Of a stretch of DNA of 64,000 bases, positions 37,474 through 52,203 are shown piece after piece (the first letter of the stretch is position 1; every line of letters begins with the position of its first letter). A model generated the notes under the pieces. The model ran no database searches, was not told the origin of the DNA, and worked only from the letters and a program-made list of their open reading frames with translations. Position numbers and translations under genes: made by a program. This stretch comes from Haliotis rubra (lineage: Eukaryota): assembly GCF_003918875.1 (NCBI RefSeq), contig NW_025767431.1:248001-312000 (forward strand). Direction: 5' to 3'.

Positions 37474-40400
37474 AATTCTTCCTCGGACCTCCTAGGACAA
37501 CATGACCTTTGTGCGAAATTTGGGAGTGGTGCACCCAATTACATTTTGACGTGTCAGCCTGGCGTATCTACAACCCTAGGGTACTGGTACCTCCGAAGAA
37601 CGCAACACTGTCAAGTGAATTGTGGCTAAAGAGACTACGCACTGACCGCTATGAAAATAATTAAAGCCACGAAACCTTTTACCATATTTTAAAATATCGC
37701 GAAAGGCTGACTGCATTGAACGGACTACATGCATATCAATCAGTAAAGATGCCATGTACATATACCACCACACTGGTGACTACTGTTACAAACACATGCA
37801 AGGGCAAGTCAAGGGATCTCACGAATAAACACGGGAACATATGTTACAAGTTAAAATGGGAAATCAGTAATAACTTTTGTCTACGTAGAAATATCATGCT
37901 GGATATAACCTCCAAATATTGACTGTAACAGCTTGAACTGTTACTACAATGTGTGATAGGGATGACCTCATGGCATTGCTTCCGGTGTAGTGGTTTGTCT
38001 CGACCGATTCATCACATGCCAAATAAGAACATTCAACGGCAATGATTACCAAAAAACAACATGGACTTTGCCTCGATATTCCCCGAATGTGAAGTATTTA
38101 AGGGCTTCATTGCAGCCCTTGGCTGAAAGTGTTGCCAAAGATAGATAGATACGTTATACTATTTTAATCGGCATTAAAAGCTGGTATGTTGAAGAGGAAC
38201 ACGTTTTCTGTACTGCAAATGGATGCGACGTTTCAGTTCAGATGCTAATCCGTTAACAAGCAAGTGCTTGCTTAGTACATTGCACTTGCTTGATCTACAC
38301 CGAAACGTCGTTTCTGTTGCAAATCCTTAAAATGTGTTCCTCCTCTTTATTTTTTACGTGTTTTTGTATATAAGATGATATTTCTACCAACGTGCATGTA
38401 CTACTTGTTGATGTATATTGATAATGCCGTTACATACATCGTCAAATGTATGAATGAATGAATGAGTGAGTGAGTGATGTTACATTTTCATCAGTATACC
38501 TAACAATAAGTGGCCCTCTGCATCATACTGCCAGTTTTCACACCTTTATGTCTGACAAAGACTTGGTGTTATTATCTTGTTGTCTGCGTTACAGTGTGTA
38601 ATTCAGGAAAACGTCGGCGTCACTGGCAACATTCCTTCCTCGTCGTGACTGCCGTTGTTACTGGGCAGCATCAAACTGTGTCAAACTGTACATACCATCA
38701 TGTATTTTCTGGGTTTTTTATGAAGGATTTATATGAATATGTTGTTTTGTTCAAAATAAAATGCATGAAATACAAAGAAGTTGGTGTTAAATTGCAAATA
38801 TCAGTTTTAGTTCCATGGAAACTTTCATATGAACTTATGATAGCCTACGTCACAAGTCAGCATCACCTAGAACACCGGCATGACTTGACCTTGTTTTTGC
38901 AGTGTTGATAACCCTTGCCAGGAGATATACAGGTTATACTACACTAAATGAGAATCGCTTGCTCACTGAGCGAGAAGTGTATGTAAACAAATGAAGAGAT
39001 AGAGACATGTGACAGCTGTGATTGGATGAAATAGTGTAAGATGTTTATGTTTTTTAAAAGCATATCCAACCAGCAATTAAATCTGACCACAATTTTAAGT
39101 ATTCAGTGCTGTCATTTTCATCACCATGACTTATGCTTATTGTGTGTACAGATATTTTCCAGTAGGTGACATTTGGTGCGGAACTGGGGTTGATGTGTTC
39201 CGCTTCCTGTCCTCGCAAAACGAGCCAAGACAAGTTGGCCTGATATTGTGTTTTATTGTAGTTTAAAGGCCAGAGTGTACCCATGTGTACATGGAATGGC
39301 TGTTGATAGCTTGTCTATTTTTAAAAAATTTATAAGGTTACTATAGAAGTCTATGGGAAAACATTTGGTGGTGTGTAACCTGTACCTACGCTGTCCCAGC
39401 CTCTCAAAGATGTCACCCATTTACTTGGATACGTGAGGACATCGAAGTTAGTTCTGAAAACGACGTGTGTCGAGGATTCTGCCTTTACGTTTTATGATGT
39501 GACCAATATACAATTTATGTAAATAACATTAATGATGCACACCAAGAAATGAAAAAGCTTAAAATTTCTTGTGAATGACATTTTCTGTAAAATGATATTG
39601 ATGTTTATGAAAAAATATATACTTTAAGTTATATTCTGTTATAATGTCAAACTAATATTTTCAGATACAAGCTTTGCATCACCGAGTCAGAGGTCAAACA
39701 AACATGGCTGTTAAACTGCATGACGTCACAAAATTGAATATTCATGGACTTAATGCATATTCAGTACGAACCAATTTCTGCAGCTGGTACAATAAAACTG
39801 GATATATAACAGAAAGGGGAGTTCATGTACAATGGTTAAATAGGGGCTTATCTAGTTAACCTATTTTCAATAAAACCAAGTTCAATTTAAGGTAAATTGT
39901 GCATTTGACAGGTGCATTATTCGGCATGAAAGCACAGAAAGAAATGTTGAACTTCTTAAAGTATATCTTATAAAACTTTGAAACTCATTAAACATTGTTG
40001 TTATTATGTATGGGTTTGAGCTCAAAAGGAGGGCTTTAGTTTGGAAGGTAGACAACCTTCTTAGCAACCTGCAACCTTCAAAATCAACAGCGTAAATATG
40101 TTTAACAGACGGCCACGTACACAGGTGCATATATGCATTTATGTACATTTCGTGAAGTAACAAGATAACCGAACTAAATTGTCATAACAGCCGCTCTAAA
40201 TACATACTCACTGGGTCGGATCCGGCGGTGGACAGATTGTGCAGGACGGGTATCCACCCCTCGCGCCATTTTGTCAGCTGAAACTAGGACAGCTAGCCGT
40301 GATAGTGGGGCGCTACCGTTAGGCCATATGCCCGGGACCTAGCTGTGTTGAGCTGTATGCACATTCACAGCTGTAGCCTGTGTTACCTAGCTTTGGGCTC

Positions 40401-41469
40401 TAATGAATGCTATGTGCATAGATGTATTGGTAGTCCATCTTTATGTTCGCTTGAAGGGGTACTCCTACAGTGTCTATAAGGACGCAAGGGAAAACCTGTT
40501 CTTATTATTTGTATAATGTATTAGTTATGGTCTAATCCAATGATCATTTCTTATGTTATGCAAGTGTAGAGTTTACCGTCTGTATGGAGACGTATATCGA
40601 GGCAGTGATTCGGTATAGTGACAGTGGGAAGCTTTAACCTTACAACGAACGAATAGATGCCACACCGTTGCATTCTCCGTATGCGTGTTGTTACTTAACA
40701 AATGTCACCTTCTGGATAATGAAATACTTTCTAAATAGTTGAACATTCTATCACTCTACAAATATCATCATGTTAATGTAGAATTGTATATTCTAAACAT
40801 ATAAATTCTGTTACTTAACCAATATGGTATACGTTAACAGTGAACATAGGTGGCGTCTGGTCTGACTTTCTAGTCAAGTGAAAAAAAAATCCCGAAACAT
40901 ATTAAAAGAATTGCTCAAACATAAGCTTCTTCATAGTAACATATATAGTGATACATATACATACACACACACACACTCACTATTACGGAGACTGCGACTC
41001 TGGTTCTTACTCAGTGTAAAGGATATGCTATTGAAGAAAGGGTCATTTGCCCCAATTTGGTACTTCCTGATTGTAAAGGATACGATAAGAAATCTGTATA
41101 TGAATACAAGACAGCTGCACAACGCATAAAGAGGGGAAGAAGCGGTCTTTCAATCGTAAGGGAATGAGTAATTAAGGAAAATATAATAAAAGCGACAAAA
41201 CCCTCACCCATCCATAAAACATAAGAAATCTCTGTTTGGAGCAGAGTTGATCTTAGAATGCCTATATTATGAGCACGTGTTTGATTGTTCGTTTGTATGT
41301 TTGACGTCACACTTGGCAATATTGCAGCTGTATTGCAGCGGTCTGTAAATCATCGACAATCCAGTGATTGGCATCATAAGATACTATGACAGAGCATGTG
41401 TTTATAACTATCAAATATAATGATACCAGCTCTTCGCAAAAAGGCCATACAGTTTGGAGGGTTTTGGAA

Positions 41470-42135
41470 GGAATGTCTTGTTTCATGTATAAGGAAGGTA
41501 TGCCATGTTTCATGTATAAGAAAGGTATGAATGCCATTTTTCATGTCGATGGAAGGTATGGCATGTGGATAACCATTGCCGTGCTTCGTGTGGATGGGAG
41601 GAATACCGTGTTTCATGTTTAAGGAAGGTATGCCATGTTTTATGTGGATGGAAGGTATGACATATTTCATGTGGATGGAGAGCGTGTTTCATGTATAATT
41701 ACACAATGCAATTTTAGAATTTGTAGTTTACTAAGAAAGTGTAATCCCAAATATAGCATATCTTACATTTGACCACTTTCTAAAATGGCATTGTGTTTTC
41801 ATACCTTTCGGCCGTGGGTGCAATGCCAATTTACACTTCTCAGAGGGGTAAACAAAGTCCGCAGTCTAGACTACCAGTTGTCCGACTTCCATTTTGTGGA
41901 AGTCGCGGTGGCTGAACGGGTTAGGCGGCTGACTTAGTGTGTTGGTGATTAGGTGCCTGACTCTGAGGGTGTGGGTTCGAATCCCATGATTGGGCTCAAC
42001 CCAAAAAGATACTAGAATTTGTAGTTTACTAAGAAAGTAATCCCAAATATAACATGTTATATGTTTCATGTGGATGGAAGGTAGGACGTGTTTCATATGG
42101 ATAACCATTGCCGTGGTTCATGTGGATGGAAGGTA
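41470..42135. repeat. Degenerate ~27-bp minisatellite (tttcatgtggatggaaggtatgccatg) interrupted by SINE family B sequence (41714-42060)
   Basis: Repeat units at 41470-41700 and 42060-42135; tRNA-like head at 41897-41990. Confidence 0.7.
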
Positions 42136-42436
42136 GTTATCTGAGCGTCACAGAAAAATGAAAATATGTACAAATGCTCATTGATATAGATATAGATAAC
42201 ATGCTGAAATATGATCATTTATTACAAACATTTGATAGTTTTGGTAGATGACAACTCTCACACAATTCAAAACTCGCCCACAGCTGGCCGATTGGAGGAT
42301 TGTACCAAAATGCTATTACAATCGTTATTCAGTCCCTGGCGGCCGGATTGAATACAGTGTGCTCTGACTCATGCATTTAACATCCTACCTGCACATTGTA
42401 CCACTGAGAGAATAGAAACAACACCTTCAGCCATAT

Positions 42437-45400
42437 CAACTGCCTCATGATATGTCACTGAGCTGGCACGTCCAACTATCTAACGGTATCTCACTGAGCT
42501 GGCATGTTCGACTGTCTCATGGTATGTCACTGAGCTAGCATGTTCAACTGCCTCATGGTATCTCATTGAGCTGGCATGTCCAACTGCCTCATGGTATCTC
42601 ACTGAGCTGGCATGTCCAACTGTATCATGGTATCTCACTGAGCTAGCATGTCCAGTTGTCTCATGGTATCTCACTAAGCTAGTATGTCCAACTGCCTCAT
42701 GGTATCTCACTGAGCTAGCATGTTAAAATGCCTAATGGCATCGTACTGAGATGGCATGTCCAACTGCCTCATGTAATCTCACTGAGCTAGCATGTGCGAC
42801 TGCCTCAAGGTTTCTCACGAAGCTACCATGTCCAACTGTTTCATAATATGTCACTGAGCTAGCATGTCCAACTGCCTAATGGCATCTCACTGAGATAGCA
42901 TGTCCAACAGCCTCATGGTATCTCACTGAGTTAGCATGTCCAACTGCCTCATGGTATCTCACTGAGCTAGCATGTCCAAAACTGCCTCATGGTTTCTGAC
43001 TAAGCTAGCATGTCTAACTGCCTCATGGTTTCTTACTAAGCTAGCACGTCCAACTGTCTAATGATATGTCACTGAGCTAGCATGTTCAACTGCCTCATGG
43101 TATCTCACTAAGCTAGTATGTCCAACTGCCTCATGGTATCTCACTGACCTAGCATGTTAAAATGCCTAATGGCATCGTACTGAGATGGCATGTCCAACTG
43201 CCTCATGTAATCTCACTGAGCTAGCATGTGCGACTGCCTCAAGGTTTCTCACGAAGCTACCATGTCCAACTGTTTCATAATATGTCACTGAGCTAGCATG
43301 TCCAACTGCCTAATGGCATCTCACTGAGATAGCATGTCCAACAGCCTCATGGTATCTCACTGAGTTAGCATGTCCAACTGCCTCATGGTATCTCACTGAG
43401 CTAGCATGTCCAAAACTGCCTCATGGTTTCTGACTAAGCTAGCATGTCTAACTGCCTCATGGTTTCTTACTAAGCTAGCACGTCCAACTGTCTAATGATA
43501 TGTCACTGAGCTAGCATGTTCAACTGCCTCATGGTATCTCACTAAGCTGGCATGTTCCACTGCCTCATGGTATCTCACTAAGCTGGCATGTTCAACTGCC
43601 TCATGGTATCTTACTAAGCTAGCACGTCCAACTGTCTCATGATATGTCACTGAGCTGGCATATCAAACTTCCTCGTGGTATCTCACTGAGCTGGCATGTC
43701 CAATTGCTCATGGTATCTCACTGAGCTAGCATGTCCAACTGTCTTATGGTATCTCACTAAGCTATCACGCCCAACTTTCTAATGATATGTCACTGAGTTA
43801 GCATGTCCAACTGCCTCATAGTATGTCACTAAGCTAGCATGTTCAACTGCCTCATGGTGTCTCACTCAGCTAGCATGTACAACTTCCTCTTGGTTTCTTA
43901 CTAAGCTAAGCTATCTCACTGAGCTAGCTTGTCCAACTTCCCCATAATATGTCACTGAGCTAGCATGTCTAACTCTCTCAGGGTATCTCACTGAGTTAGC
44001 ATGTCCAACTGCCACATGGTATGTCACTTAGCTGGCATGTTCAACTGCATCACGGTGTCTCACTAAGCTAGCATGTCCAACTATCTCTTGGTATCTCACT
44101 GAGCTGGCATGTCCAACTCTCTCAGGATATGTCCCTGAGGTGGCATGTCCAACTGCCTCATGGTATCTCACTGAGCAAGCATGTCCAACTGTCTCATGGT
44201 ATCTCACTGAAATAGCATGTCCAACTGTCTCATGATATGTCACTGAGCTAGCGTGTTCAACTGCCTCAAGGTATCTCACTGAACTGTCATGTCTAACTTC
44301 ATCATGGTATCTCACTGAGCTGGAAGGTCCAACTGCCTCAAGGCATCTCACTGAGCTAGCATGTCAAACTGTCTCATCATATGTGGCTGATCTAGCATGC
44401 CCAACTGCCTCTAGGTTTCTCAAAAGCTAGTACGTCCAACTGTCTCATGCCAAAAAAAGCTAGCATGCCCAAATGCATCATGGTTTCTCACTAAGCTAGC
44501 ACGTCCAACTGTCTCATGATATGTCACTGAGCTAGCATGTTCAACTGCCTCATGGTATCTCACTGAGGTGGCATATCCAACTGTCTCATGATATGTCACT
44601 GAGCTAGCATGTGCAACTGTCTAATGATATGTCAATGAGCTAGCATGTTCAACTGCCTCATGGTATCTCACTGAGCTAGCATGTCCAACTGCCTCATGGT
44701 TTCTCCAACTGCCTCATGGTTTCTAGCATGTCCAACTGTCTCATGATATGTCACTGAGTTAGCATATCCAACTGCCTCATGGTATCTCACTGAGCTGCCT
44801 TGTTCAACTGCCTCATGGTATCTCACTGAGCTGGCATGTCCAACTGTCTAATGACAGGTCACCTAGCGAGCTTGTCCAAATGCCTGATGGTATCTCACTG
44901 TGCTAGCATGTACAACTTCCTCATGGTATCTCACTAAGCTAGCTTGTTCAACTGTCTCATGGTTTCTCACTGAACTAGCACATCCAACTCTCTAATGATA
45001 TGTCACTAAGCTAGCACGTCCAACTGCCTCATGGTATGTCACTAAGCTAGTATGTCTAACTGCCTCATGGTTCCGAACTAAGGTAGCATGTGCAACTGCC
45101 TCATGGTTTCTCACTAAGCCAGCATGTTCAACTGTATAATGGTATCTCACTGAGCTAGCATGTTCAACTGTCTCATGATATGTCACTGAGATATCATGTG
45201 CAACTGTCTCATGATATCTCACTGAGCTAGCATGTCAAAATGCCTCATGGTATCTCACTGAGCTATCATGTGCAACTGCTTCGTGGTTTCTTACTAAGCT
45301 AGCAGGTCCAACTGTCTAATGATATCTCACAGAGCTGGCATATTCAACTGTATCATGGTATCTCACTGAGCTAGCATGTGCAACTGTCTAATGATATGTC

Positions 45401-48400
45401 ACTGAGCTAGCATGTACTACTGCCTCATGGTATCTCACTGAGCTAGCATGTCGAACTGCCTCATCGTTTCTCACTGAGCTAGCTTGTCCAACTGCCTCAT
45501 GGTATCTCACTGAGCTGCCTTTTTCAACGGCCTCATGATATCTCACTGAGCTAGCTTGTCCAACTGCCTCATCATATCTCACTGAGCTAGGATGTGCAAC
45601 TGTCTAATGATATGTCACCTAGCAAGTTTGTCCAACTGCCTCATGGTATCTCACTGAGCTAGCATGTTCAACTGTCTCATGGTATCTCACTGAGCTAGCA
45701 TGCTCAACTGTCTCATGGTATGTAATTGAGCTAGCATGTCTAACTGTATAATGATATCTCACTGAGCTAGCATGTCTAACTGTATCATGGTATCTCACTG
45801 AGGTAGCTTGCTCAACTGTATCATGGTATCTCACTGAGCTAGCATGTCCAACTGCCTCATGATATCACTGGGCTAGCATGTTCAACTGTCTAATGATATG
45901 CCAATGAACTAGCCTGTCCACCTGCCTCAAGGTTTAGATCTCACTGATCTAGCTTGTACAACTGCCTCAGGGTATCTGACTGAGTTAGCATGTCCAACTG
46001 CATGTTCAACTGCCTCATGGTATCTCACTGAGCTAGCTTGTTCAACTGCCTCATAGTGTCTCACTGAGATAGCATATCCTACTGCCTCATGTTTTTTCAC
46101 TAAGCTAGCACGTCCAACTGTATCATGATATGTCACTGAGCTAGCATGTGCAACTGTCTAATGATATGTCACTGAGCTAGCTTGTCCAACTGCCTTATGG
46201 TATCTCACTGAGCTTGCATGTTTAACTGCCTCATGGTTTTTTCAAGAAGCTATTATATCCAACAACCTCATGGTATCTCACTAAGCTAGCACGTCCAACT
46301 GACTAATGATATGTCACTGAGCTGGCATGTGCAACTGTTTCATGATTTCTCACTAAGCTAGCACTGCCTCATGGTTTCTCACTCAGCAAGCATGTCCAAC
46401 TGTCTACTGGTTTCTTACTAAGCGAGCATGTCCAACTGCCTACTGGTTTTTCACTGGGCTAGCATGTTCAACTTCCTACTGCTATCTAACTAAGCTAGCA
46501 TGTCGAACTGCCTCATGGTATCCCTATGAGCTAGCATGTCCAACTGCTTCATGTTTTCTCACTGAGCTAGCTTGTCCAACTGCCTCTCGATATCTAAATG
46601 AGCTATCATGTGCCACTGTCTAATGATATGTCAATGAGCTAGCTTGTCCACCTGCCTCATGATATCTCACTGAGCTAGCTTGTCCAACTGCCTCATGATA
46701 TCTCACTGAGCTAGCATGTGCAACTGTCTAATGATATGTCACCTAGCGAGCTTGTCCAACTGCCACATGGTATCTCACGGAGCTAGCATGTACAATTTCC
46801 TCATGGTATCTCACTGAGCTAGGATGCTCAACAGCCTCATGGTATCTCACTGAGCTAGCATGTCCAACTGCCTGATGGTATCTCACTCAGCTAGCATGTA
46901 CAACTGTCTCATAGTATCTCACTGGCTAGCATATACAACTGCCTCATGGTGTCTCAATGAGCTAGCATGTCCAACTGTCTCATGGTATCTCACTGAGCTA
47001 GCATGTCCAACTGCCTGATGGTATCTCACTGAGCTAGCATGTCCAACTGCCTCATGGTATCTCACTGAGCTTGCTTGTTCAACTACCTCATGGTGTCTCA
47101 CTAAGCTAGCATGTGCAACAGTCAAATGATATGTCACTGAGCTAGCACGTCCAACTTCTTCATTGTATGTCACTAAGCTATTATTTCTAACTGCCTCTCA
47201 TGGTTTTTCACTAAGCTGGCATATCCATCTACCTCATGGTATCTCACTAAGCTAGCACACCCAACTGTCTAATGATATGTCACTAAGCTAGCACGTCCAA
47301 CTGCCTCATGGTATGTCACTAAGCTATTATTTTTAACTTTGCCTCATGGTTTCTCACTAAGCTACCATCTCCAACTGCCTCATGGTTTCTTACTAAGCTA
47401 GCACTTCCAACTGTCTCTCATGATATGTCACTGAACTGACATGTGCAACTGTTTCATGATTTCTCACTAAGCTAGCTCTGCCTCATGGTTTCTCACTCAG
47501 CAAGCATGTCCAACTGCCTACTGGTTTCTAACTAAGCTAGCAAGTACAATTTCCTCATGGTATCTCACTGAGCTGCTCGTCACGCCAGGCCCGGGTTCGA
47601 TTCCCCACATGGGCACAATGTGTTAAGCCCATTTCTGGTGTCCCTCGCCGTGATATTGCTGGAATATTGCTAAAAGCGGCGTAAAACTAAACTCAGTCAG
47701 TCGGTCAGTCTCACTGAGCTAGGATGTTCAACAGCCTCATGGTATCTCACTGAGCTAGCATGTACAACTGTCTCATGGTATCTCACTGGCTAGCAGATAC
47801 AACTTCCTCATGGTGTCTCAATGAGCTAGCATGTCCAACTGTCTCATGGTTTCTCACTGAGCTAGCATGTTCAACTCTCTCATGGTTTCTCATTGAGCCA
47901 GCACGTCCAACTGTCTAATGATATGTCACTAAGCTAGCATGTCCAACTGCCTCATGGTATCTCACTGAGCTAGCATGTCCAACTGCCCTATGGTATCTGA
48001 CTGAGCTAGCATGTACAACTGCCTCATGCTATGTCACTGAAATAGCATGCTCAAGTCTGTCATGGTATCTCAGTGAGCTGCCTTGTTCAACTGCCTCATG
48101 ATATCTTTCTGAGCTAGCTCCTCCAACTGTTTCATGATATCTCACGGAGCTAGCATGTACAACTGTCTCATGGTATCTCACTGAGCTAGCATGCTGAACT
48201 GTCTCATGGTATCTAATTGAGCTAGCATGCCTAACTGTATCATGGTATCTCACTGAGATGCCTTGTTCAACTGCCTCATGGTATCTCATTGAGCTAGCAC
48301 GTCTAACTGTATCATGGTATCTCATTGAGCTGCCATGTTCAACTCCCTCATCGTATCTCACTGAGCTAGCTTGTCCAACTGCCTCATGATATCTCACTTA

Positions 48401-51400
48401 GCTAGCAAGTGCAACTGTCTAATGATATGTCATGAGCTAGCTTGTCCAACTGTCTCATGGTATCTCACTAAGATAGCATGTACGACTGCCTCATGGTATC
48501 TGACTGAGCTAGCATGTCCAACTGCCTGATGGTATCTCACTGAGCTAGCATGTCCCACTGTCTGATGGTATCTCACTGAGCTAGCATGTCCAACTGCCTG
48601 ATGGTATCTCACTGAGCTAGCATGTCCAACTGCCTGATGCTATCTCACTTAGCTCAAGTGCAACTGTCCTGAGCTGGCATGTCAACTGTCTCATGCTCAG
48701 GCTAGTATACAACTGTCTGGTGTCTCAATGAGCTATGTCCAACTGCCTGATGGTATCTCACTGAGCTAGCATGTCCAACTGCCTGATGGTATCTCACTGA
48801 GCTAGCATGTCCCACTGTCTGATGCTACTGATAGCTTGTTCAACTACCTCAAGGTGTCTCACTAAGCTAGCACGTCCAACTTCCTCACTGTACTTCAGTA
48901 AGCTATTATTTTTAACTGCCTCATGGTTTCTCACTAAGCTAGCATCCCCAACTGCCTCATGGTTTCCTACTAAGCTTGCACGTCCAACTGTCTCATGATA
49001 TGTCACTGAACTGGTATGTGCAACTGTTTCATGATTTCTCACTAAGCTAGCACTGCCACATGGTTTCTCACTCAGCAAGTATGTCCAACTGCCTACTGGT
49101 TTCTAACTAAGCTAGCATGTCCAACTGCCTACTGGTTTCTCACTGAGCTAACATGTTCAACTTCCTACTGCTATCTCACTGAGCTAGCATGTCCAACTGC
49201 CTCATGGTTTCCCACTGAACTAGCATGTTCAACTGTCTAATGATATGTCACGGAGCTAGCATGTCCAACTGCCTAATGTTTTCTCACTAAGCTAGCACGT
49301 CCAACTGTCCCATGATATGTCACTGAGCTAGCATGTTCAACTGTATCATGGTATCTCACTGAGCTAGCATGTTCAACTGTATCATGGTATCTCACTAAGC
49401 TGGCATGTTCATCTGTCACATGATATGTCACTGAGCTAGCATGTTCAACTGTACCATGGTATCTAATTGAGCTAGCCTTTCCAACTGCCTCATGGTATCT
49501 CACTGAGCTAGCATGTCCAAATGCCTCATCGTTTCTCACTGTGCTGCCTTGTTCAACTGCCTCATGATATCTCACTGAGCTAGCTTGTCAAACTGCTTCA
49601 TGATATCTCACTGAGCTAGTATGTGCAACTGTCTAATGATATGTCACCCAGCGAGCTTGTCCAACAGCCTCATGGTATCTCACTGAGCTAGGATGCTCAA
49701 CAGCCTCATGGTATCTCACTGAGCTACCATGTACAACTGTATCATGGTATCTCACTGAGCTAGCATGTCCAACTGTCTCATGGTATCTCACTGACCTAGC
49801 ATGTTCAACTGTCTAATGGTTTCTCACTGAGCTAGCACTCTCTAACTGTCTAATGATATGTCACTAAGCTAGTATGTCCAACTGCCTCATGGTTTCGAAC
49901 TAAGGTAGCATGTGCAACTGCCTCATTGTTACTTACTAAGCTAGCAGGTCCAACTGTCTAATGATATGTCACAGAGCTGGCATGTTCAAGTGTATCATGG
50001 TATCTCACTCAGCTAGCATGTTCAACTGTCTCATGATATGTCACTGAGCTAGCATGTCCAACTGCCTCATGGTATCCCACTGAGCTAGCATGTACAACTG
50101 CCTCATGGCATGTCACTGAGCTAGCATGCTCAACTCTCTCATAGTATCTCATTGAGCTAGCATGGCTAACTGTATCATGGTATCTCACTGAGCTAGCATG
50201 TCTAACTGTATAATGGTATCTCACTGAAATGCCTTGTTCAACTGTCTCATGGTATCTCATTCAGCTAGCATGTCTAACTTGAACATGGTATTTCACTGAG
50301 CTGCCTTGTTCAACTGCCTCATGGTTTCTCACTAAGTTAACACTGCCTCATGGTTTCTCACTGAACAACAAGCATGTGCAACTACCTACTGGTTTCTCAC
50401 TGTGCTAGCATGTCCAACTGCCTACTGGTTTCTCACTGGGCTAGCATGTTCAACTTCCTACGGTTATCTAACTAAGCTAGCATGTACTACTGCCTCATGG
50501 TATCTTACTGAAATAGAATGTTCAATTGCCTCATGGTATCTCACTGAGCTAGCATGTCCAACTGCCTCATCGTTTCTCACTGAGCTAGCATGTCCAACTT
50601 CCTCACGGTGTCTCACTAAGCTAGCACGTCCAACTGTCTCATGATATGTCACTGAGCTAGCATGTTCAACTGCCCGATGGTATCTCACTCAGCTGGCATG
50701 TTCAACTGTCTCATCATATGTCACTGAGCTAGCATGTTCAACTGCCTAATGATATCTCACTGAGCTAGCTTGGCCAACTGCCTCATGATATGTCACTGAG
50801 CTAGCAGGTCCAACTGTCTAATGATATGTCACTGAGCTAGCGTTTCGTTTCTAACGAAGCTAGCATGTTCAACAGCCTCATGGTATCTCACTGAGCTAGC
50901 ATGCCCAAATGCCTCATGGTTTCTCATTGAGCTAGCATGTACAACTGTCTCATGGTATCTCACTGAGCTAGCATGTCCAACTGTCTCATTGTTTCTCACT
51001 GAGCTAGCATGCCCAACTGTTTAATGATATGTCACTAAGCTAGCACGTCCAACTGTCTCATGATATGTCACTGAGCTAGCATGTCCAACTGCCTCATGGT
51101 ATGAGCTATCATGTCCAACTGCCTCATGGTAGCTAGCATGTTTAACTGCCTCATGGCATCTCAGTGAGCTAGCATGTCCAACTGCCTCATGGTATCTCAC
51201 TGCGCTAGCATGCCCAACTGCCTCAACTGCCTCATGGTGTCTCACTAAGCTAGCAGGTCCAACTGTCTCATGATTTCGCACTGAGCTAGCATTCTCAATT
51301 GTCTCATGTTATCTCACTGAGCAGCCATGTTCAACTGTCTCATGATATGTCACTGAGCTAGCATGTCCAACTGCCTCATGATATGTCACTGAGCTAGCAT

Positions 51401-51517
51401 GTTCAACTGCCTCATGGTATGTCACTGAGCTTGCATGTTTAACTGCCCCATGGTATTTCACTGAGCTGGCGAGTCGAGCTGCCTCATGATATCTCACTGA
51501 GCTAGCATGTTAAACTG
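42437..51517. repeat. 36-bp satellite array (ctagcatgtccaactgcctcatggtatctcactgag)n, ~250 copies
   Basis: Continuous 36-nt period; minus-strand ORFs show the 12-aa repeat VRYHEAVGHASS broken by stops. Confidence 0.97.
47575..47708 (+). mobile_element. SINE family A inserted in the satellite
   Basis: 12-bp TSD tctcactgagct at 47563-47574 and 47709-47720. Confidence 0.9.
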
Positions 51518-52203
51518 AATTCTCTTGTTTGCAAGAAAAAATCAGCTTAAGTCCGGACCAATACAAATAGCCATCCCACCCACACACACAGGGACGCGCG
51601 CCTTTATGGCGATAAGGCCACAGATGTGCAGACGCGGTCATCTTAATACTGAAATCTTTGTTTGGCATTTTTATTTGAAACTGTACCGCAAAATGAACGT
51701 GAAGGAGTTAACATTCTCCAACTGGATGCACTTCTGGAGCATCTTAACTTAAAACACACAATTTTGGTGCAAGGTCAGATTTAGGTCAGATTTGCAGAAG
51801 TTAAGATAAATTGTTTCAAAGCACTAACATTGCAAATGTTTAAGTAGCACAAAACGGTACACCTGTAACGCATGACTTGAATACATGTCACTCAACAATA
51901 ACCTTATTTTCACTTGTGACATTATATTCCGTAATCACTCTTAGATAGTTTGTGATTTCATAAATGCACCCCCTTCCCTCTACCCCGAGCCGTATCCCTG
52001 CACCCCCTGTCCCGTCACTTATTCAAATGTTGCTGTCTGTCACCTATCCAAAGCTAACCATATACGAGTTTCGACTTGCTCTAGGGCACACCTCATCTCC
52101 ATTTGTCCAATCAGGACGCACAATCTATGAACGTGGTTCATTCATAACATCACACACAATATACCAGCATTGTTGACTTCCCTCAGATGTGTTTCCGACA
52201 AGG

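Noticed and set aside
42437-51517. His-rich repeat protein (VRYHEAVGHASS)n on the minus strand, or a CRISPR-like array
   Set aside because: Frequent stops and frameshifting indels. Units are contiguous with no unique spacers and no cas genes; it is a satellite whose period is a multiple of 3.
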